Source of the DNA: a virus
Lineage: Duplodnaviria; Caudoviricetes
IMG/VR virus record: IMGVR_UViG_3300025997_000012
Span: 1-58,639 of that record
Direction: 5' to 3' (one strand)
DNA: 58,639 bases
Shown here: piece after piece, positions 1 through 10,481 of the stretch
Numbering within the stretch: the first letter of the stretch is position 1
Layout of the letters: each line of letters begins with the position of its first letter
Notes under the pieces: model-generated
Database searches by the model: none
Told to the model about the DNA's origin: nothing
What the model saw: only the letters and a program-made list of their open reading frames with translations
Position numbers and translations under genes: made by a program

Positions 1-114
1 TGTTTATTTATGTTTTTCTAAAAATAAAATGTTTATTTATGTTTTTCTAAAAATAATTGTTTATTTATGTTTTTCTGAAAATAAAATGTTTATTTATGTT
101 TTTCTAAAAATAAT
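1..114. repeat. Tandem repeat of alternating 29/28-bp units (TGTTTATTTATGTTTTTCTRAAAATAA), 4 units visible, may extend left of window
   Basis: Units start at 1, 30, 58, 87; the array runs directly into the early promoter at 117. Confidence 0.9.
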
Positions 115-170
115 TGTTTACATATTATGTTTTATTGTTTATAATAGATTTAACAAATAAACAAAAGGAG
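108..170 (+). promoter_or_regulatory. Early sigma70-type promoter cassette
   Basis: TTTACA 117-122, 17-bp spacer, TATAAT 140-145, conserved leader ...AACAAATAAACAAAAGGAG; same cassette recurs about 10 times. Confidence 0.85.
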
Positions 171-176
171 CCTGTT

Positions 177-1193
177 ATGGGTGGTAATGCAATTAAACAT
201 GTAGCACGATTAAATAAAGAAGATTATGAAAATGCTGTTGAATATTTAATTCCGAATTTAATGAATATTTTAGGTAAACGTACAATTAAAGTTGTTAAAG
301 CATATAACAACAAAGATTCATTCGGTGATATTGATATTTTAGTTGAATCTGATAATCTTTGTCAAAAATGGATGAGTACATTAAAATTTTGGTATGAACT
401 TAATGATGGTGATTTCAAAAAAAATGGTAATGTATTTAGCTTCCGTTATAAAAAATTCAATGTTCAAGTTGATTTGATTTTAACACCTAAAGATAAATTA
501 GATATCGCATGGCATTATTTCAATTATAATGACTTATCTAATTTACTCGGTCGAATGACTAAAAAATTGGGTTTTAAACTTGGTCATAATGGTTTATTTT
601 ACATTGAGCGGGTTGGTGATCATATCATCTCTGATATTTGTTTTAGTACTGATTACTTTAAAGCATTAGAATATCTTGAACTTGATATTGAACGCTATAA
701 TAAAGGTTTTGATGAACTTGAAGATATGTTTGAATTCGTAGCTAGTTCACCATATTTCAATCCTGATATCTATTTATTACACAATAGAAATCATATTTCA
801 AGAACTCGTGATAAAAAACGCAAAACTTATAATTTATTTCTTCAATGGTGTAAAGAAAATAATGAAAAATTGACACATTTTCAATATAATAATGAAAATG
901 ATTTTAATGGATATGGTAGTACTAATAATACTAGAATTGAATTCACTAAAAAGTTATTAGATGATAATCGTTTAGTACATTACGAAGTTCTTAATAACAG
1001 AGCTAATTATATCCTTAAAAGAGAATTTAAAAAATATTTTAATGGTAATACCGTTGCTGAATATTATGGGTTAGAAGGTAAAGAAATCGGCAAAGCAATG
1101 AGTTTATTAAAATACCGAAATACTGAAGATGTGATGGTTGATACTATTTCAGCAAGAACATATAAATTTCCAAAACTTACATTAAAGAATTAA
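177..1193 (+). CDS. Nucleotidyltransferase-fold protein (Pol beta superfamily)
   Basis: FGDIDILV and QVDLI motifs; likely start is MGGNA at 177 after AGGAG, not ORF start 114. Confidence 0.65.
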   Translation: MGGNAIKHVARLNKEDYENAVEYLIPNLMNILGKRTIKVVKAYNNKDSFGDIDILVESDNLCQKWMSTLKFWYELNDGDFKKNGNVFSFRYKKFNVQVDLILTPKDKLDIAWHYFNYNDLSNLLGRMTKKLGFKLGHNGLFYIERVGDHIISDICFSTDYFKALEYLELDIERYNKGFDELEDMFEFVASSPYFNPDIYLLHNRNHISRTRDKKRKTYNLFLQWCKENNEKLTHFQYNNENDFNGYGSTNNTRIEFTKKLLDDNRLVHYEVLNNRANYILKREFKKYFNGNTVAEYYGLEGKEIGKAMSLLKYRNTEDVMVDTISARTYKFPKLTLKN

Positions 1194-1383
1194 TTAAATG
1201 GTAAAATAACTAAATTTTAAGTATTAGTCGCAATCACAGGGCATTGATACAGATATTTTTTGGAAAAATTATAAGAAAGAAAATCAGAATTGCAGTTTGT
1301 ATAGATACAGTAATTGCTATATGTAATATTACTGTTATAAGTGCACCGGATATTATTAAATTAGAAGATGAGGAACATAAATA

Positions 1384-1929
1384 ATGATTAATATTAATTT
1401 ATTTGCTGGGCCAGGTACAGGAAAATCATCCACAGCTGCTGGAATATTTCATCAAATGAAAATTAAAGGGTATAATGTTGAATACATTCAAGAATATGCT
1501 AAAGATTTAACTTATGGAAAAGATGATGTTAAATTATCAGATCAATTGTTAATATTAGGTAAGCAACACCATAGAATGTTTCGTATTCAAGATCAAGTTG
1601 ATTATATCATTCATGATTCTCCTTGTATAGCTGGAATGGTATATGCATCAGAAAAATTTTTACCTTTAAAAGAATTTGAAGAATTAATTAAAGCTTTGTA
1701 TAACAGATATAATCATATTAACATTTTTTTGAAAAGAAATTTTAATATTAAATTTCAAGAATCAGGTAGACGACAATCTTTAGAAGATGCTTTATTACTT
1801 GATGAAAATCTTAAATTATGGTTAAATGAAACCAATATTATTTTTCATGAAGTTGCAATTGGTGAAAATACAATTAATGATATTTTAAAAATTATTGAAA
1901 ATACAAAATTTATAAGTTGTCAATCATAA
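1384..1929 (+). CDS. P-loop kinase/ATPase, NadR/AAA_28-like
   Basis: Walker A AGPGTGKS, EYAK and DSP motifs. Confidence 0.7.
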   Translation: MININLFAGPGTGKSSTAAGIFHQMKIKGYNVEYIQEYAKDLTYGKDDVKLSDQLLILGKQHHRMFRIQDQVDYIIHDSPCIAGMVYASEKFLPLKEFEELIKALYNRYNHINIFLKRNFNIKFQESGRRQSLEDALLLDENLKLWLNETNIIFHEVAIGENTINDILKIIENTKFISCQS

Positions 1930-1994
1930 TAAGTGTTTAAATGTTATTTTGTTATTCATTTAATAATACAGAAATAAAATACAGTGGAACTAAT

Positions 1995-2059
1995 GAAAAT
2001 AATTGTTTACATATTATCTTTTATTGTTTATAATAAATTTAACAAATAAACAAAAAAGG
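1995..2059 (+). promoter_or_regulatory. Early promoter cassette
   Basis: TTTACA 2006-2011, 17 bp, TATAAT 2029-2034, same leader. Confidence 0.85.
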
Positions 2060-2067
2060 TTTAAAAC

Positions 2068-2370
<303 letters not shown>

Positions 2371-2723
2371 AAAAGAAATTACAATGGTGTCATACTGAAC
2401 TATTAAAAATATGGTATTCATTAAATGAATAACGAAGAAAATACATTATGTGATTATATTGAGTTTGATAAATTCGCTAATATGTACAATAAAAAATGAA
2501 TTATACAATTTGTATTTAGAAGAATATGATATTTTGGGGTATTATATCATTTCATTAATGGACGATAATGTATTACCAAAAATGTTATGGTATAAAGATG
2601 AATTATATAGTGCCAAAAAATAAAAGCCTAATTGAATATATTACAAATTGAGCACATAATGTAGAAGTACAATTCCTTATTAATAACTGATGAAAATACA
2701 CAAGAATACACAGAGTACTTAAT

Positions 2724-2996
2724 ATGAATGAGTTACAAAATAGAGTTTATGGTATTTATTACAAAGATAAAATGTACAAACACCAATGTAATGAACCATT
2801 AGTTATGAAGTTTTTAAATGCTAACGAATATCATAAATACAAAAATACCACACTTAATTTATATGAAGAAATTAGAGAATTAACATTAAAAAATTATTAT
2901 CTAGTAACACAATTTTCCCATACAGAAGTTTTATATAATGATTTAATATTTATCACTGAGGAAAATGTTGAATATTATGCGGAGTACTTAATATGA
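2724..2996 (+). CDS. Hypothetical protein ending YAEYLI
   Basis: ORF with ATGA overlaps at both ends; shared C-terminal motif with neighbours. Confidence 0.6.
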   Translation: MNELQNRVYGIYYKDKMYKHQCNEPLVMKFLNANEYHKYKNTTLNLYEEIRELTLKNYYLVTQFSHTEVLYNDLIFITEENVEYYAEYLI

Positions 2997-3177
2997 ATGA
3001 TTATATAGCATATTATACAATTATCTTTAATAATGAAATATTCAATAAAAAATAATTTTTATTTTTTCTACAAAATTGCAAGAAACATATAGAGAGTGAC
3101 AAATATAGATGATTGTGTTTTTGTACATCATGATAAAAAACATGAATATGCAGAATACTTAATATAAAGGAAATAAT

Positions 3178-3711
3178 ATGTACAAAGAAATAGAACGAAA
3201 ATATTTATTAAAAGATGATGTTAATATTACAAAGTTAGTAAAAACTTTAATACCGGTGAAAATTGTACAAGGATATATTACGCCGTTATGCGTTTCGGAA
3301 ACGAAAGCATCTGTAAGAGTTCGAATTGTTGGTGATAGCGATGCAGTGATGACTGTAAAAGAAAATGTGTCTGGTATTACCCGTGTGGAGTTGGAAAATG
3401 AAATTCCTTTATCCCATGCAAAACATATGATGGACCATCTAATGACTGGAAAGGTTGAAAAAAAACGATATATTTACCATTATTATGGGCTTAATTTTGA
3501 AATTGATGTATTTAGTGGTGATAATGAAGGTTTAGTTGTCGTAGAAGTCGAATTGAAAGATGAGAACCAAGAAATTATTTTACCTGATTTCATTGGTAGA
3601 GAAGTAACATTTGAACCTAAATATTTTAACTTACAATTAGCACAGGTGCCTTATAAGGAATGGACAGATATAAGAAAGTTGCAACGTCAATTAGAAAATC
3701 AGAAGAATTAA
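3178..3711 (+). CDS. CYTH-domain protein (triphosphate tunnel metalloenzyme)
   Basis: EIERKYL (ExExK), QGY, VRVRI, EIDVF..DNEGLVVVEVEL motifs. Confidence 0.9.
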   Translation: MYKEIERKYLLKDDVNITKLVKTLIPVKIVQGYITPLCVSETKASVRVRIVGDSDAVMTVKENVSGITRVELENEIPLSHAKHMMDHLMTGKVEKKRYIYHYYGLNFEIDVFSGDNEGLVVVEVELKDENQEIILPDFIGREVTFEPKYFNLQLAQVPYKEWTDIRKLQRQLENQKN

Positions 3712-3830
3712 ATCATCAACTGAAATTAAAATTTGAACATGGCGCAAGTGTTGGTTCAATTATACCAAGAATCAATTTTTTCAAAGTCCTGCTCAAATAG
3801 TTAAATTTATTTATAAAAAGTGAAATAAAT

Positions 3831-3889
3831 GAAAATAATTGTTTACATATTATGGTTTTATAGTTATAATAAATTTAATAAAGAAAAGG
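3831..3889 (+). promoter_or_regulatory. Early promoter cassette
   Basis: TTTACA 3842-3847, 17 bp, TATAAT 3865-3870. Confidence 0.85.
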
Positions 3890-3897
3890 TATAAGAA

Positions 3898-4275
3898 ATG
3901 ACTGAATTAGTAGATGTTAAGATTACATTGGGTGCTAATAAGATTAATGGTGATTTACGAGAATTTGTTGCGAGAGCATTTAAAGAGTCTATTGTTAAAG
4001 AAGCTGAAGTTAATAAAAATCTACAACAAGAAGTATTTCAAAAATTAATCGACTTTATGGAAAGTAGTGTTAAAAGTACAACACCTAAAGATAAACATAC
4101 TATTAACACAGAATTATTAGATTATTTCGCTGGTCAATTATCAGGTTCAATTACACACGAGAAAGGCTTAGAAAGACCAGCACTATTAATATATGACGAC
4201 CATACAGATACAGCTTATGTATATGCTGATGCAATGTTAACACCTAGAAAGAAGTACGTTGATAACGCAGTATAA
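3898..4275 (+). CDS. Hypothetical phage protein
   Basis: ORF behind promoter; DYFAGQ...AYVYADAML motif is of a kind seen in small phage proteins. Confidence 0.6.
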   Translation: MTELVDVKITLGANKINGDLREFVARAFKESIVKEAEVNKNLQQEVFQKLIDFMESSVKSTTPKDKHTINTELLDYFAGQLSGSITHEKGLERPALLIYDDHTDTAYVYADAMLTPRKKYVDNAV

Positions 4276-4284
4276 ATAAATTAT

Positions 4285-4360
4285 GGCTAATTAGTTAAAC
4301 TGGTTATAATGCATCCCTCATAAGGATGAGTTTGGGGTTCGATCCCCTGATTAGCTACCA
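4285..4360 (+). tRNA. tRNA-Met(CAT), elongator-like
   Basis: Acceptor GGCTAAT/ATTAGCT, anticodon arm CATCC-CTCATAA-GGATG, GGTTCGATCC, 3' ACCA. Confidence 0.85.
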
Positions 4361-4579
4361 AATTACGAGAATGGTTGTGATGTCTGATTTTAAAGGATGT
4401 CCAACATCAGGAAAAATAATTTATAACGATATTGTTCTTGCATTGAAAGAACTTAATGCAGTATATGATTCTATATATATATATATATATGAAAATTTTA
4501 TACATGAAACACATGATGAATTATCAGGTTCAATGTTGTATGATAATTATAAAATTACCGAAATTAAATAACTTTTAAA

Positions 4580-4945
4580 GTGAAAAAGATGGCAATAACA
4601 TCCGAAATGATAAAAGTTGGTCATGCTAGAGACTGTACACATTATTGTGGAAGAGCATCTTCTTATAAAGGTATTGGGGAAAACTTATCAGTATTAGGTA
4701 ATCCTTATTTATTAACGACTGAAGATAAACGTGATTTGGTTTGTGATTTATATGAAGAGGATTTTGATAAATTAAGAGAAACAAAACCTGGGTTTCAAGA
4801 AGCATTAGATAAAATTATTGAAGATGTAGAAATACAGAAAGTTACACTTGGTTGTTTCTGTAAACCAAAAAGATGTCATTGTGATACAATACATAAATAT
4901 GTAGTTAATTATATTAAAGAAAAAATAAAATTTAAAGATTGGTAG
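4580..4945 (+). CDS. DUF4326-like protein
   Basis: YCGR...LGNPY and LGCFCKPKRCHCD motifs. Confidence 0.8.
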   Translation: MKKMAITSEMIKVGHARDCTHYCGRASSYKGIGENLSVLGNPYLLTTEDKRDLVCDLYEEDFDKLRETKPGFQEALDKIIEDVEIQKVTLGCFCKPKRCHCDTIHKYVVNYIKEKIKFKDW

Positions 4946-4981
4946 AAAGCCAGATTAAAAACCAAATTAAAAGGTAGTTAT

Positions 4982-5737
4982 ATGAATATTCAAAGTGAGT
5001 TTGAAGATTATTATGATTGGTGTGCATACATGTGTTCTGAATCAAATTTTTGGAAACGTAACTTAAACTTTTACGGTGAAATAGGCGAAGAAAATAATTT
5101 TAAGTCAGATATAGATAAAGTTATTAAAAGACACATGAGTTGTTATAACCCTAAATTCATTTTATCTGAAAAATGCAAAAAAAAATATATTGATGTATCA
5201 TTATATGATTCATTCGTAATTGTTGGTGATATATTCGTTCCTTTTATAACAATATTCACGTATTCGAAAGGGTATTCATTCATTTATAAAACCGAAGAAT
5301 TAGATGAGTTGTTCGATATTATTAATCAAAATAAAGATTTTAACATATATTGGGAATTTACAGCTCCTTCACGAAGATACGATTGGTTAAATAATCCTAA
5401 AATCGATGTTTACAATAACATTCGTAAAATTACAGATATTCCCATTATTGTATATTCAGAATATAGTGATTACATCGATAAATTCGGTAAAACATTAAAT
5501 AATTTTGATGAACCTCATATCTCTAAAGGTATGAAGTCTGGTGTTAACTTAAATGGGATTCTGAAGAAAGTTGGGTTTCATCATCATTACGATGCTCATT
5601 TTACAATTCAAGAAATTGAAATGTACTTAAATAAATTAAAAAATAAAGAAGATGATGTTCAGTTTTCTAATAAACAGAAAATTGATTCACATGGTTTTGA
5701 TAAATGCTCATTTAGACACCGTGTTCAAAAATCTTGA
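4982..5737 (+). CDS. Hypothetical phage protein
   Basis: 251-aa ORF with F.DYYD start and KIDSHGFDK.SFR end. Confidence 0.7.
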   Translation: MNIQSEFEDYYDWCAYMCSESNFWKRNLNFYGEIGEENNFKSDIDKVIKRHMSCYNPKFILSEKCKKKYIDVSLYDSFVIVGDIFVPFITIFTYSKGYSFIYKTEELDELFDIINQNKDFNIYWEFTAPSRRYDWLNNPKIDVYNNIRKITDIPIIVYSEYSDYIDKFGKTLNNFDEPHISKGMKSGVNLNGILKKVGFHHHYDAHFTIQEIEMYLNKLKNKEDDVQFSNKQKIDSHGFDKCSFRHRVQKS

Positions 5738-5743
5738 ACAAAC

Positions 5744-5801
5744 GAAAATAAAAGTTTACATTTTATGTTTTTTAGAGTTATAATAAATTTAACAAATAAG
5801 G
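5744..5801 (+). promoter_or_regulatory. Early promoter cassette
   Basis: TTTACA 5755-5760, 18 bp, TATAAT 5779-5784. Confidence 0.8.
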
Positions 5802-5808
5802 TAAAATT

Positions 5809-6117
5809 ATGAGTGCTATATTAGATATTCCAAATTTTGATGAAATAAGTACTTATTACAATAAAACTAACATAGTAGTTCAAATTTTAGATAGTAATAA
5901 TAGTGTTGAATGTATTACTAATGGGTTTCATATGAGATTTAAAGAGATACCTGATTTTTATACTATTAAATCATAGCCATCATTGTGGGCAAGGTTTTTA
6001 TTTAGAAGATGGTACATACTTAGATCGTAAACAAGCACGAGAACACGCTTTAAAGATTGTGTAAGTTTCAACAACTGATCATATGCTACTGAATTATTTA
6101 CGGGAGATTTATGGTAA
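5809..6117 (+). pseudogene. Disrupted hypothetical gene
   Basis: MSAILDIPNF... then fragments GQGFYLEDGTYLDRKQAREHAL and ELFTGDLW* separated by stops or frameshifts. Confidence 0.5.
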
Positions 6118-6362
6118 AAATGAATAAAATAATTAAAAGAACAAGTCGTCCAATGACTTTAACAGAGTGTTTTAAAGCTTATAAATTATATCAGAGAAAT
6201 GAGCGGAAAGGTTTGATTAAGATACATATTATCGGTATTGAGCAAGAACATTACACTGATGCAAGTATAGTTGAAATTAAAAGCGGACCTAATGCACGTA
6301 AAGTATATGATAATGTTAAACATATATTCTTTGTTAATTATGAACAAATAGTGACTAAATGA
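6111..6362 (+). CDS. Hypothetical protein
   Basis: ORF in tightly packed operon. Confidence 0.55.
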   Translation: MVKMNKIIKRTSRPMTLTECFKAYKLYQRNERKGLIKIHIIGIEQEHYTDASIVEIKSGPNARKVYDNVKHIFFVNYEQIVTK

Positions 6363-6691
6363 CCAATTTAAAGGTTTGGTATGAAGATTTAAATGTGATG
6401 TGTAAAGTTGTTTCTTGTTTATTTCGTGAAGATGTAATATCGTGTGTTAAAACATTTCAAGATGGTGTATTAAAATATCATTTATTTAAGAAAGATGTAT
6501 TTCGTTGTAGTTATGTAAATGATGATATTAACAATCGAGAGATTTATGAAGGTGATTACCTAGAATGTATTGAGTATCCTGCATCATTTAGTGATGGTTG
6601 TGACTGGGCAAGTTTTCGTCATAGAGATGTGTGTTATCCATTACATGAATGTTTAAAAGTACAATGCAATGTTAAAACAATTAATTGGTAA
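6359..6691 (+). CDS. YopX-like protein (possibly truncated)
   Basis: K.W at N-terminus and D.NNREIYEGD motif. Confidence 0.5.
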   Translation: MTNLKVWYEDLNVMCKVVSCLFREDVISCVKTFQDGVLKYHLFKKDVFRCSYVNDDINNREIYEGDYLECIEYPASFSDGCDWASFRHRDVCYPLHECLKVQCNVKTINW

Positions 6692-6879
6692 AAAGCATGA
6701 CTAAAGACGAATTAGAACAAGAGAATATCCGTTTAAAAGAAAAGATTGAACATGATAAATATATGGTTATTAAGTTTGTAGAAGAAGTACTTGATAAAGC
6801 AGTTGAATTACCATTAGATTTAGGATTACATTTATCAATTCAAGCATGTAAAATTAAGTTCGATTTAATTAAAAAATAA
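6685..6879 (+). CDS. Hypothetical protein
   Basis: ORF overlapping upstream gene. Confidence 0.55.
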   Translation: MVKSMTKDELEQENIRLKEKIEHDKYMVIKFVEEVLDKAVELPLDLGLHLSIQACKIKFDLIKK

Positions 6880-6941
6880 ATCATTTTTATATTTACATTA
6901 TCATAATACAATGATATAATATTTATAAATTAAATGAAAAG

Positions 6942-7250
6942 GTGATCGTTATGACTACATTAGATTTAGCTAAGAAAGAGTTCGTTGATTTTTTAAAGAA
7001 AAATAACATTTATGATTATATTAAAGATGTTAAAATTGACAAAGTTTGGATATCAGAAACAGCTGATGCTTGTGAAGTTATTACCTTTTCAGGTTTTAAT
7101 TGGATGTATTCATATCATGGTGTAGACTTTTGGAATGATATTTGTGATCAGTGGTCATTAATTTGTTTACACAATAAATTTGAAACTGTAAAGGCTAAAG
7201 ATTTATTATGGTTTCAAACTAATAAAAAGAAGAAAAGAAGAAATGAATAA
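6942..7250 (+). CDS. Hypothetical protein
   Basis: ORF after TTTACA-17-TATAAT promoter (about 6892-6920). Confidence 0.6.
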   Translation: MIVMTTLDLAKKEFVDFLKKNNIYDYIKDVKIDKVWISETADACEVITFSGFNWMYSYHGVDFWNDICDQWSLICLHNKFETVKAKDLLWFQTNKKKKRRNE

Positions 7251-7428
7251 ATTATTTATTGTGCCAACTCTATTAAAAACAAATGACAAAATATACTTTA
7301 AAGATAAAATAGATGAAGTTAAATCAGTTCAACACATTAAGGGGCAAATAAGTGTACTTATTCAATTGAAGAATCAAACAGGTTCAATTGCAATGGGAAA
7401 TGGTTTAGTTCAATTAGTAAGAGATTAA
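7243..7428 (+). CDS. Hypothetical protein
   Basis: ORF coupled to neighbours. Confidence 0.55.
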   Translation: MNKLFIVPTLLKTNDKIYFKDKIDEVKSVQHIKGQISVLIQLKNQTGSIAMGNGLVQLVRD

Positions 7429-7438
7429 CATTAAAGGA

Positions 7439-7870
7439 ATGAATATGAGTGTATTACAAGCTGTAAAAGTACAACAATTGCAAGCACGTAAAGATAAAAA
7501 TAAAAACGTTGCATCTTTGTTAACTACATTAATCGGTGAATGTGAAACATTAGCCAAATCAAAAAATATCGAATTATCAGATACTGATGTCTTTAATATT
7601 ATGGAAAAATTCATTAAGAACAACATCGAAACCATGAATGCATTAGGTCCTAATAATGTTCAGTTTGATGAATTGAAATCTGAAAATGAAATCATGAAAC
7701 TTTTTTTACCTTCAAAATTAACTGAACAAGAATTAATATATGAAATTCAGAACATTATTGATAGCAACGAAAATATCAATATGGGTGTTATTATGAAGTC
7801 ATTGAAAGAACAATTTCCTAATCGTTATGATGGTAAAACAGCATCTACATTAGTTAAGAGTATGTTATGA
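7439..7870 (+). CDS. GatB/YqeY-domain protein
   Basis: ARKDK..., FLP.KL.E.EL, NMG.IMK.LK...YDGK.AS.LVK pattern. Confidence 0.85.
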   Translation: MNMSVLQAVKVQQLQARKDKNKNVASLLTTLIGECETLAKSKNIELSDTDVFNIMEKFIKNNIETMNALGPNNVQFDELKSENEIMKLFLPSKLTEQELIYEIQNIIDSNENINMGVIMKSLKEQFPNRYDGKTASTLVKSML

Positions 7871-8016
7871 AATTATGTGGTGATGTATTATTAGTTGTAA
7901 TGATTGTGCTCATTTGGTTTTATGTACTACAAGAAGATAAAAATGATTTTAGTAAATCTATAGGTACATTTGGTAGTTATACAACTGAAGTCTATAATGA
8001 AACAGTATGGAGATGA
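7867..8016 (+). CDS. Small membrane protein (not in ORF track)
   Basis: MKLCGDVLLVVMIVLIWFYVLQ...; ATGA overlap with the YqeY gene, ends at the uvsW RBS. Confidence 0.5.
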   Translation: MKLCGDVLLVVMIVLIWFYVLQEDKNDFSKSIGTFGSYTTEVYNETVWR

Positions 8017-8017
8017 T

Positions 8018-9538
8018 TTGAAAATAAAAAAATTAAATGAATCATATTCTGAAATTAGTGGAAATTTTGAAGAACTTAGACAAATTTATGAATACTTAAA
8101 AATAAAAAGACCAGGTGCTTTCTTTGACCCTCAAGTTAAAGCAGGCATCAAGTCTGAATTTGAATATTTTGCAGTTGTAAATGATCATAAGTTATATGTG
8201 TTAAATGGACATGTTGATTTATTAAAACAGTTCAATTTAGAGTTACCAATTATTGAACCTGATTATACTGCGCAAGATATAGATAATTTTTTAATTGATG
8301 TACAAAAAGAATTACCATTTGAACCTTTTGGTTTTCAAAAAAAAGCGTTTAAAGAATCAATATTAAATTATAAACAAATCAATAAAATGTGCACTGGCTC
8401 AGGAAAAAGTTTAACAATTTCATTAATAGCAGAATTTTTCAGAAAACGAAATAAAAAAGGATTACTATTAGTTCCTAATATTAACCTTTTAACACAATTC
8501 AAAAATGACATCGAAGAATACAATCTTAAAGGGTTACATGACGAAATACATGTTATTGGCGGTGGAGAAACACTTAGACATTTTGACAAAGCTTTAACTA
8601 TTAGCACATGGCAATCATTACAAGAACGTGATAGTGTTAATTTAGATAATGTTGATTATGTAATATGCGATGAAACACATCGGTTTGCATCTGAAGTAAC
8701 GAGTTCAATCGTTAAAGAAACTATTAATTGTAAGTATAAATTTGGTTTTACTGGAACTGTACCAGATGATGTTGTTCAAAAGATGACATTAATAGGGTTA
8801 TTTGGTTTACCAAAAACATACGTAACAAGTAAAGAATTGATTGAACGTGGATTAGCTACACCGATAAAAATTAATTCAATTATCTTTAATTATAACAAAG
8901 AAGATAAAAAATTATTTAGGGAAATAAAGGCGTCAGGTCGTTCGTCAAATAAATACCCTGCACAATTAGCTTTCATTAAAGAACATGAACAACGTAACAA
9001 GGTGATTGTTAATTTAGTAACTAAACTAAAAGGTAATTCTTTAGTACTTTTTCAACATACTGAACATGGGAAATTATTATTCATAGATATTATGCATAAA
9101 TTATACCCAGATGTTGAAGTTCAAAATAAAAACATTACAGGTAAAAAATCGTTCGAATTCCAAGAACAATATTCAGTATTTTTTATTAATGGTGAAGATG
9201 ATAGTAAAATTCGTGAAAAAACAAGAAAGATTCTTGAAACTCATGACAATGCTATTTTAGTTAGTAATTATCAAATATTATCAACAGGTGTCAATATTAA
9301 AAAATTACATAATATGATTTTCACTAGTCCAATCAAATCATATACGACAATTACCCAAAGTATTGGCAGGCTGATGAGATTGCATCATAGTAAAATAATG
9401 GCTAATGTTTATGATTTAGTTGATAATTTTGGTTTACGTGGATTATCTGGAATATTTTACAAGCAATATTTACACAGACAAGCTACAAGTTATAACCCTG
9501 AAGAATACCCAATAGTAGAAAGAATTTTTGAATTATAA
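8018..9538 (+). CDS. uvsW: UvsW-like SF2 DNA helicase
   Basis: CTGSGKS, DETH, GFTGT, STGVNIK, QSIGR.MR motifs; probable TTG start at 8018 after GGAG. Confidence 0.9.
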   Translation: MKIKKLNESYSEISGNFEELRQIYEYLKIKRPGAFFDPQVKAGIKSEFEYFAVVNDHKLYVLNGHVDLLKQFNLELPIIEPDYTAQDIDNFLIDVQKELPFEPFGFQKKAFKESILNYKQINKMCTGSGKSLTISLIAEFFRKRNKKGLLLVPNINLLTQFKNDIEEYNLKGLHDEIHVIGGGETLRHFDKALTISTWQSLQERDSVNLDNVDYVICDETHRFASEVTSSIVKETINCKYKFGFTGTVPDDVVQKMTLIGLFGLPKTYVTSKELIERGLATPIKINSIIFNYNKEDKKLFREIKASGRSSNKYPAQLAFIKEHEQRNKVIVNLVTKLKGNSLVLFQHTEHGKLLFIDIMHKLYPDVEVQNKNITGKKSFEFQEQYSVFFINGEDDSKIREKTRKILETHDNAILVSNYQILSTGVNIKKLHNMIFTSPIKSYTTITQSIGRLMRLHHSKIMANVYDLVDNFGLRGLSGIFYKQYLHRQATSYNPEEYPIVERIFEL

Positions 9539-9632
9539 AAGATATAAATGAATAAACTACGTGTTTATGATTTAGGTACAATAAATTATAAAATTACACG
9601 ATTAAAATTTACATATAACATAGAAAATACAA

Positions 9633-10042
9633 ATGAATAATGAGAACGTAATGACTGAAAAACAAGAAGAAGTATTCACTATTGAAGACTTAAAGGATGG
9701 TACTCCAGCATTGCTGAACAATACTAAACAAATTAATAAATTAAATATAAAAAAATTGTTGGAAAACATCGGTTTTCTATTAAATAAACATTATCAACGC
9801 GAAAATATTAAAGCTGAAACTTTTTATAAAAATATGAAGATATTTTGTTTGATGCAGAATTTATATTTTTCATCAATTATGGTGATGATAATACATATCG
9901 CAGTAGTGTTGGTGATTATAAAATTGATGTAACAAGTAAGAAAATAATCAAAGATAGAACTCTTAAATGGGAAGATTTAAAACCATTTTCAGGTTCGATT
10001 AATATTAAAACAGAAATGTTAGATAATTTTATTAATCTATAG
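9633..10042 (+). pseudogene. Hypothetical gene probably split by a frameshift (ORFs 9633-9932 and 9845-10042)
   Basis: Two overlapping frames; protein-like sequence switches frame near TTTTTATAAAAAT (about 9820-9833). Confidence 0.4.
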
Positions 10043-10051
10043 AGGCGAACC

Positions 10052-10339
10052 ATGGCTAAATTAATTAGAGACAAATTTGTTGATATCATAGACAAAGATA
10101 AGATTTATTATGAAAAACATGATAAAAACAAATTTGCTCATTTACACCACAAAATATTAGAAGAACTAGGTGAACTTAAAGACTCAGTTTATTTAGATGA
10201 AACTGAATGGGCGGATGTAATTGAATCTCTCTTAGCCATGATGAAATACCAAAATATTAATATCAAAGATGTTAGTACATCATTATATAAAAAGCGCAAA
10301 GAATATGGCAAATTCGATGACTTCCTTATTTTAAAATAA
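10052..10339 (+). CDS. MazG-like/phosphoribosyl-ATP pyrophosphohydrolase-family protein
   Basis: KLIRDK, KILEELGE, EWADVIE, KR.EYG.F motifs. Confidence 0.8.
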   Translation: MAKLIRDKFVDIIDKDKIYYEKHDKNKFAHLHHKILEELGELKDSVYLDETEWADVIESLLAMMKYQNINIKDVSTSLYKKRKEYGKFDDFLILK

Positions 10340-10481
10340 TCACATTTAAATACTAAATTCAAAGCCGACTGTGATATATCCAAGTTGGTTTTTTTATTTT
10401 CTGGCTTGACTAACTAATGTAATTGAATTAACTGCTTTTGTAATATAATAAATAAAGTATCAAAAAAAACAAGGAACATAA

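Noticed and set aside
4326-4571. 81-aa ORF as given
   Set aside because: Start lies inside tRNA-Met; at most a shorter ORF from about 4370 containing a TA tract
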